A stretch of 64,000 bases of DNA from Shigella phage KNP5, in sequence record KX452698; one strand, written 5' to 3'. Positions within the stretch are counted from its first letter, which is position 1. Each line of letters starts with the position of its first letter. Below, piece after piece: positions 19,693-28,531 of the stretch. The notes beneath the pieces are model-generated. The model worked only from the letters and a program-made list of their open reading frames with translations, was not told the DNA's origin and ran no database searches. Position numbers and translations under genes: made by a program.

Positions 19693-20583
19693 TTAAGATT
19701 TAAGTAAATCGACAATTTTAATTAACTTTTCACGCTCAGATTTAGCTTTACTACTCAATCCAGATAGTCTGAAAATTTCATCATCATATTGTTGAATAGA
19801 AATATTCAGCTCTTCAATCTGTTTATTAAAATAATCAATTTGTTCAGAATGTTTTTCGTTACTATGAACTTGTACAGGTTTTGTAGGCAATTTAGTTGAA
19901 CTGGATTCATCCGGGCGATAAATTAAAATACAACTTGAACCAATAGGGCATTTTGCACCAGATGAATATTCTAATGTTTCAGCTTCTTTTAAAACTTCAA
20001 AAGCTAAACAGAGATGATGACCCATATTGACATAATCTGTAGAGTGAGCTCTGATATAATAATCATCGCCACGAGTACTAAATTTAAAGCATTTAAGGTC
20101 TTCTGTATTATTGGTCTTAAAAATCATTTGTTTATCTAGACCTTTAGCTAATCGAGCGCCTAATGCTAATAATCGTCGTTGATTTTCCCACAAATCCGCA
20201 ATCATTTGATCGAATGATAATTTTGGCATTAGTCGACCATAAAGGTCATATCCTTTATTATAATTACGAAGGATTTCACTCGCGTTAATACGAGACAATG
20301 CTCCAATTTTATTAAGGGCTTTCATAATGCGATTAGATAAACTCATTCCAGACCCGTTTGTTCGCTGCAAATGTTTTTCTAATCCAAATCCAATATCAAC
20401 TTTAAACTTATCTAAAATTTCTGCATGAACATCTCTGTCAATAACATTTAAATCCAAAGTTGGGTTAAATCTATGAAAAAATTTATCTGGCTCTGCACTG
20501 CGAAATACAGTCCATTCATTCATCATTTTTTTATTAACTAAAGATTTAATTACTGCATTGACATTATTAATTACTACTGACAT
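19693..20583 (-). CDS. Hypothetical protein with C-terminal coiled coil (296 aa), family member 4
   Basis: ATG 20581-20583 after GAGG RBS; tail KPVQVHSNEKHSEQIDYFNKQIEELN... Confidence 0.55.
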   Translation of the reverse strand: MSVVINNVNAVIKSLVNKKMMNEWTVFRSAEPDKFFHRFNPTLDLNVIDRDVHAEILDKFKVDIGFGLEKHLQRTNGSGMSLSNRIMKALNKIGALSRINASEILRNYNKGYDLYGRLMPKLSFDQMIADLWENQRRLLALGARLAKGLDKQMIFKTNNTEDLKCFKFSTRGDDYYIRAHSTDYVNMGHHLCLAFEVLKEAETLEYSSGAKCPIGSSCILIYRPDESSSTKLPTKPVQVHSNEKHSEQIDYFNKQIEELNISIQQYDDEIFRLSGLSSKAKSEREKLIKIVDLLKS

Positions 20584-20590
20584 ATTTTCC

Positions 20591-20998
20591 TCACTCAATT
20601 TCAATTTTACTAAATATACAGAATAAGATGGAACAGACTATATAAGCACCACACACAGATTGAACTAATACCATTCCAAAGAACCAAACAATATTATCAA
20701 ACAATGTCTGTTTTACGTCGAAAGGACGTAAACTTACAGTAATATTATCACCTTTTTCTATTGAAGAATACATCTCTGGGGAAATATATTCACTAAATCT
20801 ATAGCCGTCTTTAAGTTCATATACTGCAATAAACGATAAACTAGACCCTTTTCCTTGTGTTCCTGTAATGGTATTAACTACAGTAACATCATAATCTTTA
20901 TAATGCATATAATCATTAATTGCGTAATAACCATATGCAACTACTACACATAAACAACATATCAATAAATTCAATCTTTTAATTATCAACTGTTTCAT
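20591..20998 (-). CDS. Membrane protein (135 aa), two hydrophobic segments
   Basis: N-terminal LLICCLCVVVAYGYYAI and C-terminal WFFGMVLVQSVCGAYIVCSILFCIF helices. Confidence 0.5.
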   Translation of the reverse strand: MKQLIIKRLNLLICCLCVVVAYGYYAINDYMHYKDYDVTVVNTITGTQGKGSSLSFIAVYELKDGYRFSEYISPEMYSSIEKGDNITVSLRPFDVKQTLFDNIVWFFGMVLVQSVCGAYIVCSILFCIFSKIEIE

Positions 20999-21053
20999 AA
21001 TAATCTCAATTAAAAGGGCTTAGAACCATTATACCATCCTTGGTATAAAGCGG

Positions 21054-21581
21054 TTATGCGAGTACCGTCTTTAACCGTTCTTCAAACTTCCGAAGAGTAT
21101 TTTGGCGTTCAGCTCTTTGCTTTTTGTAAGTTTCAATACGCTCTGAAATGAGAGAGTATCGTTCATTTACTGATTCTTTCATAAAATCAGGAATTTCACG
21201 AGAAGCTTTAATCTCGTCAAATTTATCAATAACAGCTTGCTCTTCAGCAATTAAGTTATCATACATTAAAATATCTTTCTTGATGAACTCAATATCTTCT
21301 TGAGTTACACGAGATAATTTAGATGCTTTATCCTTTTTGTACTGTTCGTTAGTATCACGAGACCAGTGTAATGTACGATTTTTATTCGTATTCTTGTAAA
21401 TTTCTACAATACCGATCTCATCGATAATAACGATCCAATTCCAACGGGATTTGTAAATTTGTCCTCCATCAACAGTGATTTCACCTCCGATTGAGATGTC
21501 ATTAAAGAACTTGCTTTGTGCCTCAGATTTAAATTTACCATCGTTGTAATTTACCAAGTTGAAAATATCTTTAGCGTTCAT
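21054..21581 (-). CDS. Hypothetical protein with C-terminal coiled coil (175 aa)
   Basis: GGAGG RBS 3' of early promoter; charged helical tail. Confidence 0.5.
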   Translation of the reverse strand: MNAKDIFNLVNYNDGKFKSEAQSKFFNDISIGGEITVDGGQIYKSRWNWIVIIDEIGIVEIYKNTNKNRTLHWSRDTNEQYKKDKASKLSRVTQEDIEFIKKDILMYDNLIAEEQAVIDKFDEIKASREIPDFMKESVNERYSLISERIETYKKQRAERQNTLRKFEERLKTVLA

Positions 21582-21599
21582 TTTGTGTTCCTCCGTAGT

Positions 21600-21642
21600 T
21601 GATAGTTGTATAGTACCACAGAGGAACAGTCTTGTAAACCAC
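21600..21642 (-). promoter_or_regulatory. T4-type early promoter
   Basis: Repeat family: plus-strand gttgatagttgtatagtacc ... cttgtaaacc (= -10 TACTATACA and -35 GTTTAC on minus strand). Confidence 0.5.
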
Positions 21643-21956
21643 TAAAAGAAACTTCTTTCACAATTTTTTCCACTGAACCATGCACTTACCGCTTTCTTGG
21701 TCTCAGGAGCAGTGTTATCCATAAACCATTCAAAGGCAGCCTTTTTGTGATTCTGGAGGGCTTCTCGGGCTTTAATCTGCTCACGGTCTATTAACACTAA
21801 CATATGAGCCTTTCTTGTCACCATGGGCTTCTTATGATTTTTTGAATACTCCCAATCATTTGTCCATCGCATCGTTGTTGCGAACTGAAATACTGCTTCT
21901 TTAATTTTAGTTTCGTAAATTTCACGAGCCTTTGAGTATAACATCACTACCTCCAT
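21642..21956 (-). CDS. Hypothetical protein (104 aa; alternative start at M5 with GGAGGT RBS)
   Basis: Minus-strand ORF. Confidence 0.45.
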   Translation of the reverse strand: MEVVMLYSKAREIYETKIKEAVFQFATTMRWTNDWEYSKNHKKPMVTRKAHMLVLIDREQIKAREALQNHKKAAFEWFMDNTAPETKKAVSAWFSGKNCERSFF

Positions 21957-22045
21957 TCACCAGTTTAATTCTAGTCATCTTTTTAATGGCAGTCCATATA
22001 ATCTATTTCTGAACTGCCTTTTTGTCATAGAAGTCCTCTTATGAA

Positions 22046-23026
22046 TTATTTCAGAAGAGTAACCTCAGCAATTTCTTCCCAACCGTTTTTGTCGGTCATA
22101 ATAAAGTCAGCAAGATAAAGAGCAGTACGCAGTGAAACATTGCGTAAACGATTAACATTAACTTTCATCCATGATAATGCTTTATAAGTTTCTTCATCAG
22201 AAAGACCGCGCTTTTGCATCATGTCAGTTGAAAGAATAACATCTTCAACCCTGACCATAATTTCTTCATTAGTGTGAACACCCAAATCCAAATAAACCGA
22301 GCGGGACACTAATGCTTGTAAATGTGGAGCAAGTTTAGTACCACGGTCTAATTCGCGGTCAATGTCAACGTTTGTGATAAAAACAATCGTTCCTTTAAAT
22401 TCAAACTCACGCTCAATGCCTTTTTCTTCTAAGTAAGAAGACGCAGTGCTCCAGCAGACTTTACGGGTCTCTCCAGTGTCCAGAGCGGCTTTTAGAAGAT
22501 TAAGAATGTCCATATCAGAGAAAACATCTACATCATCAATCAAAAGGACAGAATTCTCTTCACGATTATTCCAAAGCTGCTCATAAAGACCAATACCAGA
22601 GATTTTACCATTAATGCTTTTATATTCAATGTATCCAATATCATTTGCTTTATTTAAAGCTTTATCTAAAGAATACGTTTTACCAATACCTGCTGCGCCA
22701 GAGATAATCAATGAACGAATATTTCCATTAATAATACCATTCGTCATCATTCCCATAACATTAAATCTTTTATTAATGCGGGTTTTCATATCTTCATATG
22801 ATTCTTTAACTTCTTCAACTTTTACACCATCATATGAAATATCTGATTTGTAAACCCAAACACCGCGACGTTTACCGTCAATTTCAACAAAAACTTTACC
22901 ATCTCCTTGTGCATCTACCGGAGCATTATCTGGGAACCATTCGCCTAAGAGCTCAAAAGTTCCAGAGATTTCTTTACCGAAGTAGATACCCTTATTGATA
23001 GTTACAGTTTTCATTTTATTCTCCAA
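22046..23026 (-). CDS. AAA+/P-loop ATPase of unknown function (326 aa)
   Basis: Walker A SGAAGIGKTY, Walker B VLLIDDVD, sensor-like FITNVD; GGAG RBS; first gene after early promoter. Confidence 0.7.
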   Translation of the reverse strand: MENKMKTVTINKGIYFGKEISGTFELLGEWFPDNAPVDAQGDGKVFVEIDGKRRGVWVYKSDISYDGVKVEEVKESYEDMKTRINKRFNVMGMMTNGIINGNIRSLIISGAAGIGKTYSLDKALNKANDIGYIEYKSINGKISGIGLYEQLWNNREENSVLLIDDVDVFSDMDILNLLKAALDTGETRKVCWSTASSYLEEKGIEREFEFKGTIVFITNVDIDRELDRGTKLAPHLQALVSRSVYLDLGVHTNEEIMVRVEDVILSTDMMQKRGLSDEETYKALSWMKVNVNRLRNVSLRTALYLADFIMTDKNGWEEIAEVTLLK

Positions 23027-23039
23027 ATCCGTATCAGTT

Positions 23040-23082
23040 GATAGTTGTATAGTACCATAAAGCTTTATGCTTGTAAACCGTT
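23040..23082 (-). promoter_or_regulatory. T4-type early promoter
   Basis: Same repeat family (gttgatagttgtatagtacc ... cttgtaaacc). Confidence 0.5.
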
Positions 23083-23106
23083 TTGTGAAAAAATTTTGAA
23101 ATAAAA

Positions 23107-23128
23107 AAGGGAGCCCGAAGGCTCCCTA
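23107..23128 (-). terminator. Intrinsic terminator 3' of nucleotidyltransferase gene
   Basis: GGGAGCC-UUCG-GGCUCCC stem-loop followed by UUUUUU on minus strand. Confidence 0.6.
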
Positions 23129-24142
23129 TCATTTATAATAACTTCGGTGGTTTTCAAGATAAACCCTCTCAAGGAAGTCATCCCAGAAACCCATGTCTAC
23201 TTTTTGCTGCATACCGTTCTTAGAAGCTTCAATGGATGCTGCTTCTACTTGATCGACCACATCTTCCAAAAACTCTTGAACAGTTTTAAATGGATGTTTA
23301 CCCAACTTCACGTCGAGAATAAATGGAGCGTCTTGAAGTGGATAGACTAAGTCACCAGTTTTGTAAATTTCCAATAGTTGGAGTCCACCACGGCAAGCAT
23401 GACTCAGAGCTTTCCAGTCAATGCCCTCATTCGCTTCAGCCTTACGAGCACGTTCGCCGTATTCAGCATCAAGTTTATTCAAAGACTGCTTAAGCTCAAT
23501 AAGAGAAAGCGTTGTTTGATATTTACGACCCAACACAGTGTAGAACGTTTGTGGACCTGTTTTCTCATGATTATGGAATACCCATTCACAGAATTCGTTC
23601 TCTGGAAGACGATGCTTAATATCTTCAACTTTAGTTCGACGCTGCTTAATGGAACCGTCTTCTTGGTAATCAACCCATTGCTCAGGGATTTGATTAACTA
23701 CTTTCAACACATCACGTAATGCGGCCAAACGAGAACCCTTAACACCGTATTTAGAAGCTTGCTTGCGAACATATCCTAAGTAGGATTTCATGTTGGTCGT
23801 ATAAAAACGAGAACGGTTGTCTTGAATAAACTTCCATACATCAGGCAAATCAGATTTAACTACTAGTTCCGGTGGAGTGTGGAGCATATCCAATGCTACA
23901 GTTTCACCATCTGCTGCTAATTTAAAGAAATACTTAAGACTGTATAGTTCATGGTCAATATCATCTTTAGTGTTTTTAGATGATGTGTTGTTAGTGTTTT
24001 TACTCATATGCTCTTTAACATTTCCAATAAGAATATCGCGAGCAGGAGGAACAAAGATTTCTTTAAAATCTACATCAGATTCTGGAGTAGAAGTTCCATA
24101 AAGATGACTACCAAAATAGCTTTTCATTACTGTTTTCATCAT
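23129..24142 (-). CDS. Pol-beta-superfamily nucleotidyltransferase-fold protein (337 aa)
   Basis: N-terminal GSHLYGTSTPESDVDF matches the hG[GS]x(9-13)DxD NTase signature; ATGA coupling to upstream membrane-protein gene. Confidence 0.6.
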   Translation of the reverse strand: MMKTVMKSYFGSHLYGTSTPESDVDFKEIFVPPARDILIGNVKEHMSKNTNNTSSKNTKDDIDHELYSLKYFFKLAADGETVALDMLHTPPELVVKSDLPDVWKFIQDNRSRFYTTNMKSYLGYVRKQASKYGVKGSRLAALRDVLKVVNQIPEQWVDYQEDGSIKQRRTKVEDIKHRLPENEFCEWVFHNHEKTGPQTFYTVLGRKYQTTLSLIELKQSLNKLDAEYGERARKAEANEGIDWKALSHACRGGLQLLEIYKTGDLVYPLQDAPFILDVKLGKHPFKTVQEFLEDVVDQVEAASIEASKNGMQQKVDMGFWDDFLERVYLENHRSYYK

Positions 24143-24600
24143 TCAGCCTTATATTCAATAACAGGACATACTTTAGCTTTACGCGCTTTTAAAAATTCGA
24201 CGATAATAGATTTCTTGGGTTGAATAGGAGGTAAACCTTTATACGCCCTATCAATATTTTCTACATGTAAAGCATAATCCTTTTTCCATTTATAATCTTT
24301 ATATTTTTCATGCAGTTGTGCAGGAATAACAAATGAACCAATAATAAGTAAAACAAGCAAAATGGCAAGTATAAATGCTGATGGAATAAGAGTCCATAAA
24401 CTACCAAAAATAAGCCATTTCTGCATGATTTCTGCACAGATAATAGTTAGACCTGCGAGTATAGTACATCCGAAAAAAGAAACGAAAAATGTAGGGATAA
24501 CAATAGACCAAAAGTATGCACACAGTGTCTTAGGTCGTTTCCATTCATCATTAAACAGTTTGAATAATTTATAGTGCCAAGAGTTTTCATTAATAATCAT
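24139..24600 (-). CDS. Integral membrane protein (153 aa)
   Basis: Several hydrophobic helices (FWSIVIPTFFVSFFGCTILAGL..., ILAILLVLLIIGSFVI). Confidence 0.55.
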   Translation of the reverse strand: MIINENSWHYKLFKLFNDEWKRPKTLCAYFWSIVIPTFFVSFFGCTILAGLTIICAEIMQKWLIFGSLWTLIPSAFILAILLVLLIIGSFVIPAQLHEKYKDYKWKKDYALHVENIDRAYKGLPPIQPKKSIIVEFLKARKAKVCPVIEYKAE

Positions 24601-24602
24601 AA

Positions 24603-25124
24603 TTATCCTTTCATTGAAGGTGTAACAGTTGTTAAATACTTAATCATAGCTTCAGCTTCTGATTTTGATAATGAAATTTCTCCATTGTTTTGACGAATAG
24701 AAATAAAATCCGGATGACGGTCACCACCAGCTTTTAAAACACACATATAAGTATCAGTTTCATCTTCAATATCTGAAATAATTGAAGCAGTTCCGCATGA
24801 ATGTGGTTTTTGATAAATCAATGCAGCTTTTCTTCCACCGTTTGACTGTTCATAAACTTTTAACACATCAAACAAATCGCTTCTTTTATCAATAGCTAAG
24901 ATGTTGTTTTCATCTTCAATGTTAAATCCTTCGGATACTTCATAAAGTGTCACCCATAAATCACCTATATCGATAGTAGCATTTCCTTTTCCACGACTTT
25001 CAAGAATGTGACAAATTTTCTTAATTTCATCATAACTCATTTTAATAATATCATCTCCTTGACTAAGGAAGATGTCATTTTTAAATTCAACACGAATTAA
25101 ACCACTTTCACTTGAAATAAACAT
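24603..25124 (-). CDS. Hypothetical protein (173 aa), paralogue pair member
   Basis: GAGGAA RBS; C-terminus ...SEAEAMIKYLTTVTPSMKG resembles next ORF. Confidence 0.5.
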   Translation of the reverse strand: MFISSESGLIRVEFKNDIFLSQGDDIIKMSYDEIKKICHILESRGKGNATIDIGDLWVTLYEVSEGFNIEDENNILAIDKRSDLFDVLKVYEQSNGGRKAALIYQKPHSCGTASIISDIEDETDTYMCVLKAGGDRHPDFISIRQNNGEISLSKSEAEAMIKYLTTVTPSMKG

Positions 25125-25130
25125 ATTTCC

Positions 25131-25664
25131 TCACTTTGAAATCATAGTTGGAATGACAGAATCAAGATAAGTCTTTAGCGCAATAGCTTCGTCTTTGGTA
25201 AATGTGACAATATGCGATCGAAAATCGTCAATTTGACGAATAGTTAAGACATCTCCATCTTCATAGCATTTTGACACATTTAAAACAGTTTCATCATTCT
25301 GATTACAAGCGTTAGTAATAATAGCATTGCAATTTTTAAACCATTTTAAACTATGTTTTCTTTCATTAGAATAATAAAAATATTTAATCTTATCTATAAA
25401 ACTGTCCCAATAAATAACTGATAGGCATATTGACTCGCTTTCAATATTAAATCCTGGGCATGAAGAATAAAAATGAATTTTATGCTCATCATTAATGCTT
25501 ACTATTTTATCAGTATAAGGATATTCAATTTGGGTTAAATGAATGATTTCACTGGGCGTAAAATATAGCATATCGTCTTCTTGCGTCAAACGATACATAT
25601 TATTTACTTTTTCTATAGCCAATTCGCCAAAAAGTGGACTAACTTCTAATACTAATCGTTTCAT
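25131..25664 (-). CDS. Hypothetical protein (177 aa), paralogue pair member
   Basis: ATG 25662-25664 after AAAGGA RBS; C-terminus ...DEAIALKTYLDSVIPTMISK. Confidence 0.5.
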   Translation of the reverse strand: MKRLVLEVSPLFGELAIEKVNNMYRLTQEDDMLYFTPSEIIHLTQIEYPYTDKIVSINDEHKIHFYSSCPGFNIESESICLSVIYWDSFIDKIKYFYYSNERKHSLKWFKNCNAIITNACNQNDETVLNVSKCYEDGDVLTIRQIDDFRSHIVTFTKDEAIALKTYLDSVIPTMISK

Positions 25665-25665
25665 A

Positions 25666-25944
25666 TTAATCCTTTTTACTGACATAAATTTGTTCTAAAA
25701 TTTTAGAGTATTCCTTTGTATCAGATTTACGTACAATCGATACACTATAAGGCATACTATCAGTGTCTTTTATAAAGCGTTCCAAATGACACTCTAACAA
25801 AATTTCTGGATTATAAATCGTGTACATCAAATTACCTGTTGCTCCACGATATTGACAGATTTCTACTGATTGAGCGTCATTCCACAATTTTGTTAAGACT
25901 AAATCACCTACTTCTAATTTCGGAAAGCTCACATTATTCACCAA
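25666..25944 (-). CDS. Hypothetical protein (about 92 aa; non-ATG start)
   Basis: ORF begins TTG/GTG; no internal ATG until codon 40. Confidence 0.4.
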   Translation of the reverse strand: MVNNVSFPKLEVGDLVLTKLWNDAQSVEICQYRGATGNLMYTIYNPEILLECHLERFIKDTDSMPYSVSIVRKSDTKEYSKILEQIYVSKKD

Positions 25945-26117
25945 TTAAAGTTTCAATTAATTCTCTTAACTTAAAAGCTTGTTCACTTGTCATTACATAC
26001 TCCTTTGAATAATATCAATAATATTGTTCACCAGATTATAAGTAAACATTGGGTAATTATATTGAATCATCGCATACACAACAAACAAAACTTTCATTCT
26101 CTTCTCCTTGGCAGTTG

Positions 26118-26160
26118 ACAAGATTACTATATCATAACCTTGCCAACTTGTAAACCATTA
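26118..26160 (-). promoter_or_regulatory. Possible early promoter inside the 25945-26320 intergenic region
   Basis: Minus-strand GTTTAC, 17-nt spacer, TATAGT, then AAGGAG and short ORFs. Confidence 0.3.
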
Positions 26161-26320
26161 AATGACGTTTTCAATAAAATTCTGAAGCTTTGTGTGAGCA
26201 TCAACCATAATTTTCATTTCTTCCTTTGCGAAAGCTGTACCTCTTTCCCGAGAAGAATACTCATAGTCAGAAACTGCATTAGCGTATTCTTCAATTAGCT
26301 TCATTAAAAACATCTGCTTT

Positions 26321-26515
26321 TCAGTTTTCATTATTCCACCTAATCATTTCAAGATATTGAACTAACTTAGCTTTGGATTTATCCAAATCCTTTTTAGCTG
26401 CTTCTATACCATCGTATGAATATCCTTCACAATGCTCAACTGCCAATTGATATGAATCTATTTCAACATCACGTGCTAATTTAATGATTTTTTCAAACTG
26501 TTCACGTGTTAGCAT
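26321..26515 (-). CDS. Small acidic protein (64 aa)
   Basis: Minus-strand ORF MLTREQFEKIIKLARDVEID... Confidence 0.5.
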   Translation of the reverse strand: MLTREQFEKIIKLARDVEIDSYQLAVEHCEGYSYDGIEAAKKDLDKSKAKLVQYLEMIRWNNEN

Positions 26516-26517
26516 AC

Positions 26518-26721
26518 TTAAACTCTCGTATTGTGATCGATAATTTCATCAAGAAACATATCTAAAGCTTCTACAGCATTATCAACTTTAGCTTCAAATT
26601 TTTCAATACCTTTATTTGCAATGCCTGACGAAAACCAAGCAAAGTCACTAAGTTCCTCATCTGCTTTGCGAATTAAAGCTACCAATTCTTTAATTTTATC
26701 TGCTTGTTCAATGCTAATCAT
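26518..26721 (-). CDS. Small acidic protein (67 aa)
   Basis: ATG 26719-26721 overlapping upstream stop (TAATG); [23 protein letters not shown]... Confidence 0.5.
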   Translation of the reverse strand: MISIEQADKIKELVALIRKADEELSDFAWFSSGIANKGIEKFEAKVDNAVEALDMFLDEIIDHNTRV

Positions 26722-26909
26722 TATTCCACCACATATGAAAGAGAGAATATTGCACACGCCATGTGAGTTGCAGCTTCATCACACATATCATAACGTTTCT
26801 TAAGAAGTTCTACAAGTTCTTCACTAGTAACTTCATCCATGTCGACGAAAAAATCACCATTAATGATGACGTAGATATTTCCTTCTTGATTGAGTGCTTC
26901 AATTTTCAT
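26721..26909 (-). CDS. Small acidic protein (62 aa)
   Basis: ATG 26907-26909 after GAGGAG RBS; track start at 26954 would lie upstream of the promoter -10. Confidence 0.5.
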   Translation of the reverse strand: MKIEALNQEGNIYVIINGDFFVDMDEVTSEELVELLKKRYDMCDEAATHMACAIFSLSYVVE

Positions 26910-26927
26910 GATGTTCTCCTCTTTATC

Positions 26928-26970
26928 CGATAGTTGTATAGTATCACAGCTCAAATGGAAAGTAAACCGG
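26928..26970 (-). promoter_or_regulatory. T4-type early promoter
   Basis: Plus-strand gatagttgtatagtatcac ... agtaaaccgg repeat family. Confidence 0.5.
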
Positions 26971-26982
26971 TAAAATGAAAAA

Positions 26983-27002
26983 AGTCTCCCGAAGGAGACT
27001 AA
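26983..27002 (-). terminator. Intrinsic terminator
   Basis: GUCUCC-UUCG-GGAGAC stem-loop followed by UUUUUU on minus strand. Confidence 0.6.
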
Positions 27003-27004
27003 TG

Positions 27005-27391
27005 TTATTCGAGGGAAAGAAGATATTTACTCTGGTAAAACATCCCAGTAATATCATCTATCGTGCTTTGAATGGCTGGAGGCATTTCTTTATAAATGCT
27101 GTTAGATTGGTCTAGTATGCGATCAATCATTTTAATTGTGTCGGTAGGAAGTTTACTGGCATCTGGAATAGAAGGCGTGTATTTTCTACCAGAATACCCC
27201 AAATATTGCTCACCAAATTTATCAATCAAATCTGGCAACTCAGAGAAAATAAAATCGTATGCTTTGTGTCTAGCATAACTTTTAGTTTCAAAATGTGCAG
27301 AATGAAAATAAGCTTGTGCAGCCATTAATAAACCTAAGTATTCATCTGCCTTTGAAGGTTTTCCACTTTGTGAAAAGTCGCTGAATTTCAT
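27005..27391 (-). CDS. Hypothetical protein (128 aa) directly 3' of rI
   Basis: Minus-strand ORF, ATGA overlap with rI. Confidence 0.5.
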   Translation of the reverse strand: MKFSDFSQSGKPSKADEYLGLLMAAQAYFHSAHFETKSYARHKAYDFIFSELPDLIDKFGEQYLGYSGRKYTPSIPDASKLPTDTIKMIDRILDQSNSIYKEMPPAIQSTIDDITGMFYQSKYLLSLE

Positions 27392-27681
27392 TCAGTCTCC
27401 AATTTAATGTTCATAATTCTAGCGTATGATTGTGCCATCTCCGCGCCTCGCTCTATACATTCAAAATCGGAAGAGCACGGGTCATTTTTATAAGTCGTTC
27501 GCATAAAACTATAGAACTGTTCAGATGATTCTACGCTTTTATTTTCAAAAAGCATATAAACATGTCTAATACCAGATTCCATAAATTTATCAAAATGAGG
27601 ATCGACATTCGCTTCAATCGGTGGAGATAAAGCAAACGCTAATCCTAGCATGGCAAATAGTGCCGTTGCTTTTAAGGCCAT
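27388..27681 (-). CDS. rI: Lysis-inhibition regulator RI (97 aa)
   Basis: MALKATALFAMLGLAFALSPPIEANVDPHFDKF... signal-anchor then periplasmic domain; same length as T4 RI. Confidence 0.9.
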   Translation of the reverse strand: MALKATALFAMLGLAFALSPPIEANVDPHFDKFMESGIRHVYMLFENKSVESSEQFYSFMRTTYKNDPCSSDFECIERGAEMAQSYARIMNIKLETE

Positions 27682-27693
27682 AAAGGCCTCCTA

Positions 27694-27906
27694 TCATTTT
27701 TGTCCTGTATTTACTTTATGCCGATGCACGGCCTTAACTTTATCAAGGTATTTTTCAAAATTTCGCAATCTAGTATAGTCTGCCGGAGATTGGTTGAGTG
27801 ATACTTCTCGACGCAAAGCTGAAATGATATTTCCAACTTCCCTACGAATTTCATCTAATTGAAGAACAGTAAGATTGCGAAGTTGCTTTTCAGTTAATTG
27901 TAGCAT
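27694..27906 (-). CDS. Hypothetical protein (70 aa)
   Basis: Minus-strand ORF between tk and rI. Confidence 0.5.
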
Positions 27907-27948
27907 ATATACCCCTTTAGTTAGATAAACCTATTTATAACTTTTGCA

Positions 27949-28530
27949 CTAACCGAGCTTTTTAGTTAATTCATTCCACTGTTTTCTACACAAAGAAACA
28001 TAAATTTCATCACCAATACAGATTTGATTACCTTCTTTAACTGGTGTTCCATCTTCCATTAATCGAGCTGTCATAATAGCTTTTTTACCACAATGACAAA
28101 CTGCTTTTAGTTCAATAAGTTTATCTGCAATCGCCAAAAGTTCTTTAGAACCTTCAAATAATTTTCCAGCGAAATCAGTCCTTAGACCATAAGCCATAAC
28201 AGGAACATTATATGTATCAACAATTCGGCTTAATTGATGCACCTGTTCAGTTTTTAAAAACTGGGCTTCATCTACAAATACACAATGAATATCTTTTTGT
28301 GCTTCTGCCCATTTATAGAACTCAAAAATATCCATATCATCCGTAATAATATTCGCTTCCTGTTTAATTCCAATGCGAGAAACGACTTCACAGACAGAAT
28401 CGCGAGTATCAATAGCAGGCTTAAGAACTAATACACCCATTCCGCGTTCTTTATAATTGTGTGCAGCAGTCAAAAGAGAAGCAGATTTTCCAGCATTCAT
28501 TGCTGCATAAGTAAAAATTAAACTCGCCAT
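27949..28530 (-). CDS. tk: Thymidine kinase (193 aa)
   Basis: P-loop AAMNAGKSASLL, VDEAQF Walker B, C-terminal Cys zinc-ribbon pairs. Confidence 0.9.
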   Translation of the reverse strand: MASLIFTYAAMNAGKSASLLTAAHNYKERGMGVLVLKPAIDTRDSVCEVVSRIGIKQEANIITDDMDIFEFYKWAEAQKDIHCVFVDEAQFLKTEQVHQLSRIVDTYNVPVMAYGLRTDFAGKLFEGSKELLAIADKLIELKAVCHCGKKAIMTARLMEDGTPVKEGNQICIGDEIYVSLCRKQWNELTKKLG

Positions 28531-28531
28531 C

